Below, in pieces: positions 8,374 to 18,030 of a DNA stretch of 64,000 bases (positions are counted from its first letter, which is position 1; every line of letters begins with the position of its first letter). Below the pieces are notes generated by a model. It did not search any database. It worked only from the letters and a program-made list of their open reading frames with translations, and was not told where the DNA came from. A program made the position numbers and the translations under genes. This stretch comes from an uncultured Campylobacterales bacterium (GTDB taxonomy: Bacteria > Campylobacterota > Campylobacteria > Campylobacterales > QNZT01). The stretch spans positions 606 to 64,605 of the forward strand of contig CAYUEN010000005.1 in the NCBI GenBank assembly GCA_964443745.1. The letters run 5' to 3'.

Positions 8374-10573
8374 AGTCAAAATAGAGGTCAACCGAAAAGA
8401 GGAACTTTTCGAGTTGGAAAAGGTTGCCAGACAGGCCAACGGCGCTGTAATGCTCAGAGACAGGGATGCGGTGGTTCTTGCCACGGTTTGCCGTGAGGAA
8501 GAGATGGTGGAAGAGGATTTTCTGCCTTTGACCGTACAATATATCGAGAAGAGTTATGCCGCTGCGAAGATTCCCGGCGGTTTTATCAAACGTGAAACGA
8601 AACCGGGAGATTTCGAAACGCTTACATCCCGTATCATCGATCGGAGTCTGCGCCCTCTCTTTCCCAAAGGGTATGCCTATCCGACCCAGATCGTCGTTTA
8701 TGTACTCAGCAGCGACGAAGAGGTCGATCTTCAGACCATGGCGCTCAATGCCGCGTCCGCCGCGCTCTATCTTAGCGATCTTCCGGTCGTAAAGTGTGTC
8801 TATGGTGCGAGAATAGGAAGGGTGAAAGGTGGCTTCGTCATCAATCCTTCGCATTCCGAGATGGATGAAAGTTCTTTGGATCTGCTCGTGGCAGGGACAA
8901 AGGACGAGTTGTTGATGATCGAAATGCGTGCGATCGCGACCGACGAGATGGAATCGATACCTGTGGATCTGGCCGATCCCCTCCTTAGTACGATCGAATC
9001 CGAAAGTGTTGTCATGATCCACAAGATGAATGAGCTATCCAACGATATGTGTGTCGAAGCGCTCGGTATCGCGCAGAATGCAATCAAAAAGGCGTGTGAA
9101 GCGTATGAAGAGGGATTTACCCCTCTCAAAAAAGAGATTGCTCCTTTGGAGTTGAAAGAGGAGAGCGAAAATCAGAATATCTACGTCTACATCGATGAAT
9201 TTTATAAAAGCGAGGTCAGGGATGCGTTGACACAGATGGCCAAAAGTGAACGGGCTACAGAGTTGAAAAAGATCGCGAATATCATCGCGGCGGACGATAT
9301 CGCGGAGAAAGAGGCATGGAGTTACGAGGCGATATACGCAGCGTTGAACCGATACAAACGGGATGTGGTTCGCCGGATGATTCTGGAAGAGGGCAGGCGT
9401 GTAGATGGCAGAAGTCTGGAAGAGGTACGCCCGATTGCGATCGAAACCAATCTCCTCCCCTCCGTCCATAGCTCCTGTCTCTTTACGAGGGGTCAGACCC
9501 AGGCGTTGGTGACCGTTACGCTCGGTGGTCCGAAAGACGCTCAGATGTACGATCTGCTCACCTCCAAAGAGACCCAGTACGAACACTTCATGGTCCAATA
9601 CAATTTTCCCGGTTTTTCCGTCGGAGAAGCTTCACCGTTGCGTCCACCGGGAAGGCGGGAGCTAGGACATGGAAATCTGGCCAAACGGGCACTGGAGCCT
9701 TCGTTGCAGTTGGAAGGGAGCCAGACGATTCGGCTGGTTTCGGAGATTCTCGAATCCAATGGTTCTTCATCGATGGCGACGGTATGTGGGGGTTCTCTCG
9801 CACTCAGAGCCGCCGGTATCCAGACACAAAAACTCGTTGCCGGTGTTGCGATGGGTTTGATTCTCGAAGAGGACAGATCCGCGGTTTTGACCGATATTTT
9901 GGGTTTGGAGGATCATGATGGCGATATGGACTTCAAAATCGCCGGAAGCCGTGATGGTATCACAGCGCTTCAGATGGACATCAAACTGGGTGGTATCGAC
10001 AGGGAAACGCTCAAAAAGGCGCTCGATCAGGCTGCTCGTGCCAGAGACCATATACTCGATATCATGGAGGAGGCAAACGAAAAGATCGTTTTGAACGAAA
10101 AAGCGCTGCCCTCCACCTCCATTTTCAAACTCGATCCGTCGACATTCGGCGCGATCATAGGACAGGCGGGCAAAACCATCAAGGAGATCATCGAAAAATT
10201 CGAAGTTTCCATAGATCTCGACAGAGAACGGGGAGAAGTGAAGGTCGAAGGAGAGGAGAAAGCCAAAGTCGAAGCGGCCTGTGACCATATACGTGCGCTC
10301 GCGGCCCAAAGAGGGGGTCCCCGAAGAGAAAGACGCGAAATTCCGACGTTTCAGGAAGGACAAGTTTTTGACGGAGAAGTGAAAAGAGTCGTGGATTTCG
10401 GGGCTTTCGTGGAGCTTCCGGGAGGAGTGGATGGCTTGTTGCATATCTCCAAACTGGCCGACCACAGAGTCGACAGAGTCACCGATATCGTCAACGTGGG
10501 AGATAGAGTCAAAGTGAAGATTCTCGCGCAGAAGGGCCATAAGATAGAGCTCGGATTGATCGAAAAACTTTAA
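8363..10573 (+). CDS. pnp: polyribonucleotide nucleotidyltransferase (PNPase)
   Basis: 736 aa with two RNase PH domains, a KH domain ([15 protein letters not shown]) and an S1 domain ([20 protein letters not shown]). Confidence 0.95.
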   Translation: MGCKVKIEVNRKEELFELEKVARQANGAVMLRDRDAVVLATVCREEEMVEEDFLPLTVQYIEKSYAAAKIPGGFIKRETKPGDFETLTSRIIDRSLRPLFPKGYAYPTQIVVYVLSSDEEVDLQTMALNAASAALYLSDLPVVKCVYGARIGRVKGGFVINPSHSEMDESSLDLLVAGTKDELLMIEMRAIATDEMESIPVDLADPLLSTIESESVVMIHKMNELSNDMCVEALGIAQNAIKKACEAYEEGFTPLKKEIAPLELKEESENQNIYVYIDEFYKSEVRDALTQMAKSERATELKKIANIIAADDIAEKEAWSYEAIYAALNRYKRDVVRRMILEEGRRVDGRSLEEVRPIAIETNLLPSVHSSCLFTRGQTQALVTVTLGGPKDAQMYDLLTSKETQYEHFMVQYNFPGFSVGEASPLRPPGRRELGHGNLAKRALEPSLQLEGSQTIRLVSEILESNGSSSMATVCGGSLALRAAGIQTQKLVAGVAMGLILEEDRSAVLTDILGLEDHDGDMDFKIAGSRDGITALQMDIKLGGIDRETLKKALDQAARARDHILDIMEEANEKIVLNEKALPSTSIFKLDPSTFGAIIGQAGKTIKEIIEKFEVSIDLDRERGEVKVEGEEKAKVEAACDHIRALAAQRGGPRRERREIPTFQEGQVFDGEVKRVVDFGAFVELPGGVDGLLHISKLADHRVDRVTDIVNVGDRVKVKILAQKGHKIELGLIEKL

Positions 10574-10689
10574 TTCAAAAGTTTATTTATGTTTAAATAT
10601 TTTTCGCTATACTTACAACCTCAAAGTGATAAGTAGGGATACGCAAGCCGAACGGACTTTGGGGAACGAACTTATTTTAGGAGACCTTC

Positions 10690-10998
10690 ATGAAGAAGAT
10701 TCTGTTTTTGATGGTTGCAATCGCTACAGCGGCTTTTGCAAGCGAAGGCGGAGCGGGTGAAATGCTCAAAGCATACTCCGTAGTTGCGGCCGGTGTTGGC
10801 CTCGGTCTCGCTGCGCTCGGTGGAGCGATCGGTATGGGACATACGGCAGCGGCGACAATCGCAGGTACTGCGAGAAATCCGGGCCTGGGTGGTAAACTGA
10901 TGACGACGATGTTCATCGCACTGGCGATGATCGAAGCACAGGTTATCTATGCGCTCGTCATTGCGTTGATCGCACTCTACGCGAATCCATTTATGTAA
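10690..10998 (+). CDS. atpE: F0F1 ATP synthase subunit c
   Basis: 102 aa. GLGLAALGGAIGMG ... ARNPGLGGKLMTTMFIALAMIEAQVIYALV (carboxylate helix). SD sequence GGAGA lies upstream. Confidence 0.92.
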   Translation: MKKILFLMVAIATAAFASEGGAGEMLKAYSVVAAGVGLGLAALGGAIGMGHTAAATIAGTARNPGLGGKLMTTMFIALAMIEAQVIYALVIALIALYANPFM

Positions 10999-11002
10999 AC
11001 CC

Positions 11003-11030
11003 TTCGTGAAGGACGGTTGTCCTTCACGAG
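11003..11030 (+). terminator. stem-loop just after atpE (possible terminator or processing site; no U-tract)
   Basis: TTCGTGAAGGAC ggtt GTCCTTCACGAG forms an 11-12 bp stem starting 5 nt after the atpE stop. Confidence 0.4.
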
Positions 11031-11043
11031 ACGAAACCCCTGT

Positions 11044-11128
11044 GCGACCGTGGTGGAACTGGTAGACACGCTATCTTGAGGGGGTAGTGCCGCAAGGTGT
11101 GCGAGTTCAAATCTCGCCGGTCGCACCA
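11044..11128 (+). tRNA. tRNA-Leu (anticodon GAG), CCA encoded
   Basis: Cloverleaf readable by eye: acceptor GCGACCG/CGGTCGC, anticodon stem CTATC/GGTAG with loop TTGAGGG, long variable arm, T-arm GCGAG TTCAAAT CTCGC. Confidence 0.92.
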
Positions 11129-11151
11129 TATTTATTGATACAACACTTCAA

Positions 11152-11236
11152 GCGACGGTGGTGGAATTGGTAGACACGCTATCTTCAGGCGGTAGTGCCG
11201 CAAGGTGTGCGAGTTCGAGTCTCGCCCGTCGCACCA
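11152..11236 (+). tRNA. tRNA-Leu (anticodon CAG), CCA encoded
   Basis: Acceptor GCGACGG/CCGTCGC, anticodon loop TTCAGGC, T-arm GCGAG TTCGAGT CTCGC. Differs from the first tRNA-Leu at 7 of 85 positions. Confidence 0.92.
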
Positions 11237-11316
11237 TAATCTTCTCGTTTTCATCTTAAATCTTTCCATTTTTACGCCGATATACTTACTAAAGTCACCA
11301 AAACAAGGAATCATGC

Positions 11317-13266
11317 GTGGAATCCTATCTTCGTGCCAAACTCAGTAAATATCCTCTCTCCGTGATGTTTTCTATTATCATTTTTTTCGTTACGCTCGCC
11401 GTCTCTACCGCCATACAGACCATCAAATACAACCAAAGCAAAACCAATCTGGAACAAAATTTGAAAATGCAGGCGAAATCTATCCTTGATTTCGCGGATG
11501 TGTTGCTTGAGAGTCGAAACGAAAAGTTCTTCAGTGGACAAAGCAGTGAAGTACCACAGATCATTCAAAACGAGATTTTCGATAAATTTACGGAAGTATC
11601 CGAAGGAAAAGTCTTTTTCAAGGAGGCTTCCGATTCGCCTACGAACCCAAAAAACAAGGCCGACGGTTTCGAGTCCGAAGCGATAGGGATTTTCAAGCAG
11701 AACCCCGATCTTAAAACGTTGGAGAGAGTCGTCGAAAAAGAGGGCAAAGAGTTTTATATGATGGCAAAACCGATACGCTCGGAGCAAAAATGTATGCAGT
11801 GCCATCCAAACTGGACAAAACCGGGCGAAGTGATCGCGATCGAAGATGTGCTGATCGATCTAGACGATTTCAACCAAGCGTTGCATTCCACACTGATACA
11901 GTCGGTCGTTCTCTGGATCGTCAATATTACGATTCTGCTCACACTGATCTATTTTCTGTTCAAAAAACTCATTTCCGATCGTGTCAACAAAATTCTGAAG
12001 ATCATTTTCAGAGTCGAGAAAGGAAATTTCGTCATCGACGATCTTTTGGAGGGGGAGAATATCGAGCAAGGGAGTGGGCGTAACGAGATCGACAGAATAT
12101 TCAGACATCTCAAACGGATGGTCGATGGTTTGAAACCGGTCATAGACAATGTCATCACGGAAAGCAAAGAGGTGGTGTTCGAAGCGCTTTATGGATATAG
12201 CAAGATATCCGACAACGATCGACTCTCCAATACCCAAAAGAGAATCGTCGAGCAATCCAACACCAACTTGAATCATCTTCTGAATACCAATGCGGTATTG
12301 GGTGAAAAATTGGAGCATCTTTTTGAAAAGACACGCGAATCGGTAGATGGCATCGCGGTGGGACAGCAGGTGGTCAGCAGCAATCTGGATGCGACCGAAG
12401 AGGTAGGAAACGCGATGGATCGCACAGTCGATCAAATCAACGATATGGAAAGATTCGCGGAAGAGATCAGTCAGACACTTTCAAAAATCACCGATATTGC
12501 GAACGAAACCAACCTCATTTCACTCAATGCCGCGATCGAGGCGGCAAGAGCTGGAGAACACGGAAGAGGTTTCGCGGTGGTTGCGGAAAAGATCAGGGAG
12601 TTGGCGGATATCTCACTGGAGAATGCAAAGGAGATTCACAATGTTCTACAATCTATCCACACGAATGTAACAAGAGTCACACAGAGTGCGCTGACCACCA
12701 AAAAGAAAATCGCATTGCTCGAGAGTGGTGCACAGACGCTTCAAGACAATTTTCATCAACTTGAAAAACGTATCGATCAAAACAACGAAGTATTGCATCA
12801 ATTCAAACAGAGTTTCGAGGAGGAGCGTGCCGCATTGACGAAGATCACGGAAGATCTCAAATCGGTCGGGGAGGGCAATACGAAACTACTTGAAAATACC
12901 GAAAGCGTAGCCGATTCTGTCAACAGAATCACGCGGATGAGCAACAAACTCAAATATCTTGCCGATGGATTCGATATTCTGTTCGAAAATCGCCAGAACG
13001 AGCGAAAAGTCATATCGCCGCCAGTAAGAGGAAGATTGCAAATAGGCGGAAAAAAGTTGACGGGATGGCTTTACGACGTTTCAGAGAGTGGGCTTTCCGT
13101 CATCGTGACGGAGCAATATCGCGACATCCCCATCGAAGAAGGGGAAAGAGGCGCAATTCATTTCGAACAGGCGATCGAAGGAGCCTCCAGCTATCGATTC
13201 GAGATCAGATACGTAAAACGAAAGAGAGAGAATGGCACCAGGCAGTTTGGCGCTATGAAAATCTGA
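11317..13266 (+). CDS. methyl-accepting chemotaxis protein with a periplasmic CxxCH (Tll0287/DUF3365-like) sensor and a C-terminal PilZ domain
   Basis: GTG start preceded by AAGGA. Two TM segments. CMQCH at 11791-11805. MCP hairpin [32 protein letters not shown]. PilZ motifs RQNER (12991-13005) and DVSESG (13075-13092). Confidence 0.85.
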   Translation: MESYLRAKLSKYPLSVMFSIIIFFVTLAVSTAIQTIKYNQSKTNLEQNLKMQAKSILDFADVLLESRNEKFFSGQSSEVPQIIQNEIFDKFTEVSEGKVFFKEASDSPTNPKNKADGFESEAIGIFKQNPDLKTLERVVEKEGKEFYMMAKPIRSEQKCMQCHPNWTKPGEVIAIEDVLIDLDDFNQALHSTLIQSVVLWIVNITILLTLIYFLFKKLISDRVNKILKIIFRVEKGNFVIDDLLEGENIEQGSGRNEIDRIFRHLKRMVDGLKPVIDNVITESKEVVFEALYGYSKISDNDRLSNTQKRIVEQSNTNLNHLLNTNAVLGEKLEHLFEKTRESVDGIAVGQQVVSSNLDATEEVGNAMDRTVDQINDMERFAEEISQTLSKITDIANETNLISLNAAIEAARAGEHGRGFAVVAEKIRELADISLENAKEIHNVLQSIHTNVTRVTQSALTTKKKIALLESGAQTLQDNFHQLEKRIDQNNEVLHQFKQSFEEERAALTKITEDLKSVGEGNTKLLENTESVADSVNRITRMSNKLKYLADGFDILFENRQNERKVISPPVRGRLQIGGKKLTGWLYDVSESGLSVIVTEQYRDIPIEEGERGAIHFEQAIEGASSYRFEIRYVKRKRENGTRQFGAMKI

Positions 13267-13321
13267 ATCCCGTTCAAAGCCCTTTTTTAGTAAAATTTTC
13301 CAAAACGATCAGAGGTTTGTG

Positions 13322-15523
13322 ATGGAAAATATCGAAGAGGTGCTGCGGGCACACAAGCTGACAAACGAAGACTATCTACATATCAAGAAGATTCTCGGGC
13401 GTGAGCCCAATTTGTTGGAAATCGGAATTTTTTCGGCTATGTGGAGCGAACACTGCTCCTACAAATCCAGCAAGAAATATCTGCGTGGTTTTCCCACCAA
13501 GGCGCCTTGGGTGATACAAGGTCCCGGCGAAAACGCTGGTGTGATCGATATCGGCGACGGGATGGCCGCCGTATTCAAAATGGAGTCGCACAACCATCCA
13601 AGCTTCATCGAACCCTATCAGGGAGCTGCGACGGGAGTGGGAGGGATTCTCAGAGACGTCTTCACGATGGGAGCCCGCCCTGTCGCCAATCTAAACGCCC
13701 TGCGATTCGGTAATATCGAACGCGACGACGAGACGGCCCGACATCAGCGTTATCTGGTGCGCGGCGTGGTCGAAGGCATCGGAGATTACGGCAACTGTAT
13801 GGGCGTACCCACGATCGGAGGGGAAACCTTTTTCGACGACGCCTACAACGGCAACATTCTCGTCAACGCCTTTACGCTGGGTATCTGTAAAAAAGAGGAT
13901 ATTTTCTACGGAAGAGCGGAGGGAGTAGGCAATCCCGTCATCTATGTCGGCAGCAAAACGGGACGCGACGGACTCGGCGGTGCGGTGATGAGCAGCGACA
14001 GCTTCACCGAAGAGAGCAAATCGCTGCGCCCGACCGTACAGGTGGGAGATCCCTTTACGGAGAAGTTACTGCTTGAAGCGTGTTTGGAGCTTTTCAAGGA
14101 GGATTATATCGTCGGAATCCAGGATATGGGGGCGGCGGGACTCACCTCGAGCTCGTTCGAGATGGCCGGCCGCAGCGGAAGCGGTATGGTGATGCATCTG
14201 GATCGTGTCCCTGCGAGAGAGGAGGGTATGACGCCGTATGAATTTATGCTGAGCGAATCGCAGGAGCGGATGCTGATCTGTGCGAAAAAGGGATGCGAAA
14301 ACAATATTATCGAGATTTTCGAAAAGTGGGATCTGGATGTCGCCGTTGTGGGCGAAGTGACGGATACGGGAGAGATGGAACTCTTTTGGCATGGCCAAAA
14401 GGTTGCGCAGATTCCGATCGATCCGATCACCGAAGAGGCTCCCGTACTCGATAGGCCGATTGCAAAACCCGAATATTTGGAGCGAATTTCCGATGTGACG
14501 CTGGAAGATTTTCCAAAAGTGGAAAACAGCGAGGCTTTCGACAGGCTGATGGAAGAGATGGAGGTGGTGGACAAAGCCTGGATCTACGACCAATACGACT
14601 CGATGGTTCAGACCAACACAGTCAAAGGACCCGGTACGCTCGATGCTTCCGTAATCAGGGTCAAGGAAAACGGCAAAGCGATCGCGATGAGCAGCGACTG
14701 CAATCCGCGTTACTGCTACATCGACCCCAAAGGCGGAGCGGCTGCCGCGGTGATGGAAAGCGGCAGAAACGTCGCGATGAGCGGGGCGATGCCGTTGGCG
14801 ATCACCGACTGTTTGAATTTCGGAAATCCCGAGAAACCGGAGACGATGTGGCAATTCGCCAAAGCGACGGAGGGTATCAAGGAGGCGTGCGAAGCGCTGG
14901 TCACTCCGGTGGTGAGCGGAAACGTCTCTTTGTACAACGAAACCGAGGGAGTCGGAGTTTTTCCTACACCGACGATCGCGATGGTGGGTGTCAACGAAGA
15001 TCAAAACCGCGTATTGCCAAGCTGTTTTCAAGAGGAAGGAAATGCGATCTATCTGATCGGCGAGACCGGCCACCATTTCGGCGGCAGTCTCTATATGAAA
15101 TCTCTCTACGGCCAGGTTGCCGGCAGGCTCGCCCCCATCGATTTCAAAAAAGAGCGCCAGTTGTGGGAGTTGATCATCGATGCGAATCGTCTGGGGTTGC
15201 TGCTTAGCGCCAAAGACGTAAACGTCGGTGGTGTCGCGATCGCTTTGGCGAAGATGTGCGTGCGCAGCGGCATGGGTGCGGTGGCCGGAATCAGGCTCGA
15301 AGACGAAAGGGACCTCTTCTCGGAAAGTTTTTCGAGGGCGATCGTGGAGGTGAAGGATCCGGAAATCTTCGAATCCTTCGCCAAAAACTACGACCTTAGA
15401 ATCGATAGAATCGGAAAGACGGGCGGTACGAAATTCGTCTGCAACGATATCAAAAAAGAGTTGGGTGAATTACATGGCCGCTATTTCGGACGTTTCAAAG
15501 AGGTGATAGAGCAGGATCTCTAA
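13322..15523 (+). CDS. purL: phosphoribosylformylglycinamidine synthase subunit PurL (FGAM synthase II)
   Basis: About 733 aa. [17 protein letters not shown] and [17 protein letters not shown] 13322 follows AGAGG. Confidence 0.95.
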   Translation: MENIEEVLRAHKLTNEDYLHIKKILGREPNLLEIGIFSAMWSEHCSYKSSKKYLRGFPTKAPWVIQGPGENAGVIDIGDGMAAVFKMESHNHPSFIEPYQGAATGVGGILRDVFTMGARPVANLNALRFGNIERDDETARHQRYLVRGVVEGIGDYGNCMGVPTIGGETFFDDAYNGNILVNAFTLGICKKEDIFYGRAEGVGNPVIYVGSKTGRDGLGGAVMSSDSFTEESKSLRPTVQVGDPFTEKLLLEACLELFKEDYIVGIQDMGAAGLTSSSFEMAGRSGSGMVMHLDRVPAREEGMTPYEFMLSESQERMLICAKKGCENNIIEIFEKWDLDVAVVGEVTDTGEMELFWHGQKVAQIPIDPITEEAPVLDRPIAKPEYLERISDVTLEDFPKVENSEAFDRLMEEMEVVDKAWIYDQYDSMVQTNTVKGPGTLDASVIRVKENGKAIAMSSDCNPRYCYIDPKGGAAAAVMESGRNVAMSGAMPLAITDCLNFGNPEKPETMWQFAKATEGIKEACEALVTPVVSGNVSLYNETEGVGVFPTPTIAMVGVNEDQNRVLPSCFQEEGNAIYLIGETGHHFGGSLYMKSLYGQVAGRLAPIDFKKERQLWELIIDANRLGLLLSAKDVNVGGVAIALAKMCVRSGMGAVAGIRLEDERDLFSESFSRAIVEVKDPEIFESFAKNYDLRIDRIGKTGGTKFVCNDIKKELGELHGRYFGRFKEVIEQDL

Positions 15524-15525
15524 AA

Positions 15526-15556
15526 GAGACGCCGCCCCGTAAACGGGTGACGTCTT
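15526..15556. terminator. imperfect GC-rich hairpin between convergent purL and the lipoprotein gene
   Basis: GAGACGCCGCCCCG taaa CGGGTGACGTCTT. On the minus strand it is followed by CTTTTA. Confidence 0.4.
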
Positions 15557-15573
15557 ACTATCAATACAATAGG

Positions 15574-16668
15574 CTACAAGACGTGGAGCGCTTCGAGCGT
15601 CTCCATCGTCAACGCACCGGTCGGAAGCCCTTTGGCTTTTTGGAACTTCGTGACGGCGGCATTGGTTCGCCATCCGTAGATCCCGTCGATCGGTCCGGGG
15701 TTGAAGCCCGCTTTTTTGAGCGCTATCTGCAATTTTCTAATCGTCGCTCTGTTCATGTTCGTCTTACAGAGGATACGCTTCCATTTCACCTGCGCATCAG
15801 AGACCTTCACCTTCTTCGTCACCGTCTGATAGACGGCGGGAATGGTCACTTTCTCCACTTTTGCCGGCTCGACGAGCTCTTTGACCCTGACCGTTTTGTA
15901 AACCGCCGGAATTTTGACTGTCTTGGTTGTAGCCGGCTTGTCGATCACTTTTTTGGTAATCGTCTTGTAGACAGGCGGGATCTTGACCGTTTTGGTCGTG
16001 GCGGGAGAGACGAGAACCTTTTTGGTAATCGTTTTGTAAAGAGCCGGCACTTTCACCAGACACATAATTTCACCTGTGAGATTGTCAACCTTTTCGATCG
16101 GTCCACGTCCTCTTTTCCAGATCGTGTGGGCGGGTTTGACCAACACCTTTTCTGTGACGGTTTTGTAGACGGGTGGTACGGTGATCACCTTTTCACCCCC
16201 TTCTCGCACCAACACTTTCTCCTTGACGGTTTTGTAAGTAGGGGGGATGGTGACGATTTTCTCTCCGGCTTCCTTGACCAAAATCTTTTTGGTGACCCAC
16301 TTGTATTTGGCGGGAATGACACGAATTTTTTCACCCGCCTCTTTTTTCAAAACTTTTTCCGTTACGAGGCGGTATTGTGCGGGTATCAATACGCGTGCGT
16401 AACATTCGCCGGGTTTGGCATTGGGAGGGTAGAGTTCGTTACCGGAGGGAACGACGACCTCTTTGACGATCGTTTTTTGTTGCTGTTTTCTCGCCTCTTC
16501 GATAGCGGCATGGAGTGCTGCGATCTGTCTGTCCTTTTCGTCGATCGTCGCATTGCCAACCTCTTTGGGCTTGACGACGCAGCCGTCTTTCGGGCTACAG
16601 CCGCTCATACCCAGGGCTATGGCGGCTCCAATGGCCAAGATCAGGGGCCTTTTTAGATATTGATTCAT
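15574..16668 (-). CDS. repeat-rich lipoprotein with a C-terminal peptidoglycan-binding (PG_binding_1-like) domain
   Basis: Signal peptide and lipobox (LAIGAAIALGMSGC). Eight units of about 23 aa (IPxxYKTVTKKVLVKxxxxKxVx). C-terminus IRKLQIALKKAGFNPGPIDGIYGWRTNAAVTKFQKAKGLP. Confidence 0.8.
   Translation of the reverse strand: MNQYLKRPLILAIGAAIALGMSGCSPKDGCVVKPKEVGNATIDEKDRQIAALHAAIEEARKQQQKTIVKEVVVPSGNELYPPNAKPGECYARVLIPAQYRLVTEKVLKKEAGEKIRVIPAKYKWVTKKILVKEAGEKIVTIPPTYKTVKEKVLVREGGEKVITVPPVYKTVTEKVLVKPAHTIWKRGRGPIEKVDNLTGEIMCLVKVPALYKTITKKVLVSPATTKTVKIPPVYKTITKKVIDKPATTKTVKIPAVYKTVRVKELVEPAKVEKVTIPAVYQTVTKKVKVSDAQVKWKRILCKTNMNRATIRKLQIALKKAGFNPGPIDGIYGWRTNAAVTKFQKAKGLPTGALTMETLEALHVL
15775..16386 (-). 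repeat. intragenic tandem repeat: eight units of about 69 nt (23 aa), with unit 4 carrying an insertion
   Basis: Units read from the translation: IPAQYRLVTEKVLKKEAGEKIRV, IPAKYKWVTKKILVKEAGEKIVT, IPPTYKTVKEKVLVREGGEKVIT, VPPVYKTVTEKVLVK..., VPALYKTITKKVLVSPATTKTVK, IPPVYKTITKKVIDKPATTKTVK, IPAVYKTVRVKELVEPAKVEKVT, IPAVYQTVTKKVKVSDAQVKWKR. Confidence 0.8.
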
Positions 16669-16754
16669 TCCAAACTCCTATTGAATTTACGTTTGGAATA
16701 TTATGATATAAAATTCGTTACAGTTCTATGATGATATTAGTTTAAATAATTTAT

Positions 16755-17213
16755 TTATCCCTTTTTAATATTCAATAATTTTTTCACTTTCTCACTGACA
16801 CGCTTTCCGTCGGCACCGGGGCCCGTCTTTTCGAGTGTCGCTTTGACCACTTTTCCCATATCTTTCATACTTGTCGCACCGATTTGTGCGATCGTCTCTT
16901 CGACGATTTTCTCCAACTTTTCATCGCTCAGTTGCTCGGGAAGGTATCGTTTGAGAATTCGGGCTTCTGTCTCCTCCTTTTCGAAGAGATCTTCGCGGCC
17001 GGCTTCTTTGTATTGCTTAGCGGCATCTTCACGCTGCTTGATCGATTTTTGAATGATTTTGTAGATCTCCTCGTCGCTAAGCTCTTTGCGTTCGTCGACT
17101 TCGACCTGTTTGATCGCGCTCATCAGAAAACGGATCGTGTCTCGTCTGAAATTCTCTCTGTTTTTCATCGCCTCTTTCAGGTCGGATTTAAGACGTTCTT
17201 TCAAACTATTCAA
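16755..17213 (-). CDS. yqeY: GatB/YqeY-domain protein
   Basis: LKERLKSDLKEAMKNR...RYLPEQLSDEKLEKIVEETIAQIGATSMKDMGKVVKA is collinear with YqeY. I prefer TTG 17213, which sits 6 nt after AAGGAG. The ORF-track start 17255 (TTG) or ATG 17246 would add a non-conserved extension. Confidence 0.7.
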   Translation of the reverse strand: MNSLKERLKSDLKEAMKNRENFRRDTIRFLMSAIKQVEVDERKELSDEEIYKIIQKSIKQREDAAKQYKEAGREDLFEKEETEARILKRYLPEQLSDEKLEKIVEETIAQIGATSMKDMGKVVKATLEKTGPGADGKRVSEKVKKLLNIKKG

Positions 17214-17275
17214 TTTTTTCTCCTTTTGGAACAATAAGTGCTTCATTATATCCAAACATCTTTAGGAAAAAAGTC

Positions 17276-17974
17276 ATGATCAAACTCCTCTTTTCCCTCA
17301 TCGCCATTCTGTTTGGACTGAGTGGATGTACCGCACACCAGGTCGAACCCCGTATCTCCATGCAGCCGCCGCTCTATGTCAAACAAGAGACACATTGTCG
17401 CGTTCGGCCCAAAGAGCAAACAAGCGGTCATGAAGGGAGTATTTACGGGCGTGGCGAAAATCCACTCTTCTACGATAAAAAGGCGATGCGTGTCAACGAT
17501 ATCGTCACGGTCGTCATCAACGAAAGCACGTTTCAATCTTCCCAAGGCGACAAAAAGATCTCCGACAGCTCCCAAAATCGTATGGGCGGAGGTGTTTTCA
17601 GCGGAGCGCTCGCCGGTCCGCTCAACGGTCTGACGGATATCGGATTCAAGACCGGGTCCAACAATAGCTTCAGCGCTACGGGAAGGAATTCGAGAAACGA
17701 GAAATTTTCCACCACGATCACCGCTCGAGTCGTCAAAGTGCTCGACAACGGAAACTATTTCATAGCCGGAAGCCGGGAACTGCTGTTAAACGGCACCAAG
17801 CAGATCGTCGAGATAACCGGTGTGATCCGCCCTTACGATATCGACGAAACCAATACGATAGATTCCAAATATATCGCCGATGCGAAGATCCATTACGAAA
17901 CGGAAGGGGATATCAGGGAAGCCGTGCGAAAACCGTGGGGATCGCGAATCGTAGAGAGTATCTGGCCTTTTTAG
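17276..17974 (+). CDS. flgH: flagellar L-ring lipoprotein
   Basis: Lipobox LFGLSGC. NDIVTVVINEST...TITARVVKVLDNGNYFIAGSRELLLNGTKQIVEITGVIRPYDI is the FlgH signature region. Confidence 0.92.
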   Translation: MIKLLFSLIAILFGLSGCTAHQVEPRISMQPPLYVKQETHCRVRPKEQTSGHEGSIYGRGENPLFYDKKAMRVNDIVTVVINESTFQSSQGDKKISDSSQNRMGGGVFSGALAGPLNGLTDIGFKTGSNNSFSATGRNSRNEKFSTTITARVVKVLDNGNYFIAGSRELLLNGTKQIVEITGVIRPYDIDETNTIDSKYIADAKIHYETEGDIREAVRKPWGSRIVESIWPF

Positions 17975-18030
17975 AGGGTCAAAATGAAATATTTTGAACC
18001 CTTCTAAGAGAATTGTAGTACAATGGAGGA

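Noticed and set aside
10677-10916. 79-aa minus-strand ORF overlapping atpE
   Set aside because: Antisense of the unmistakable ATP synthase c-subunit gene. Its Ala/Pro-rich translation is a by-product of the Gly/Ala-rich sense sequence.
11044-11320. The tandem tRNA-Leu genes as an integration site for a genomic island
   Set aside because: The downstream gene is an ordinary chemoreceptor followed by purL. I saw no integrase, no direct repeat of the tRNA 3' end and no compositional break.
15547-16656. 369-aa plus-strand ORF with its own internal periodicity
   Set aside because: Antisense of the repeat lipoprotein gene. Its periodicity only mirrors the sense-strand 69-nt repeats. The sense strand has a lipobox and a PG-binding domain.
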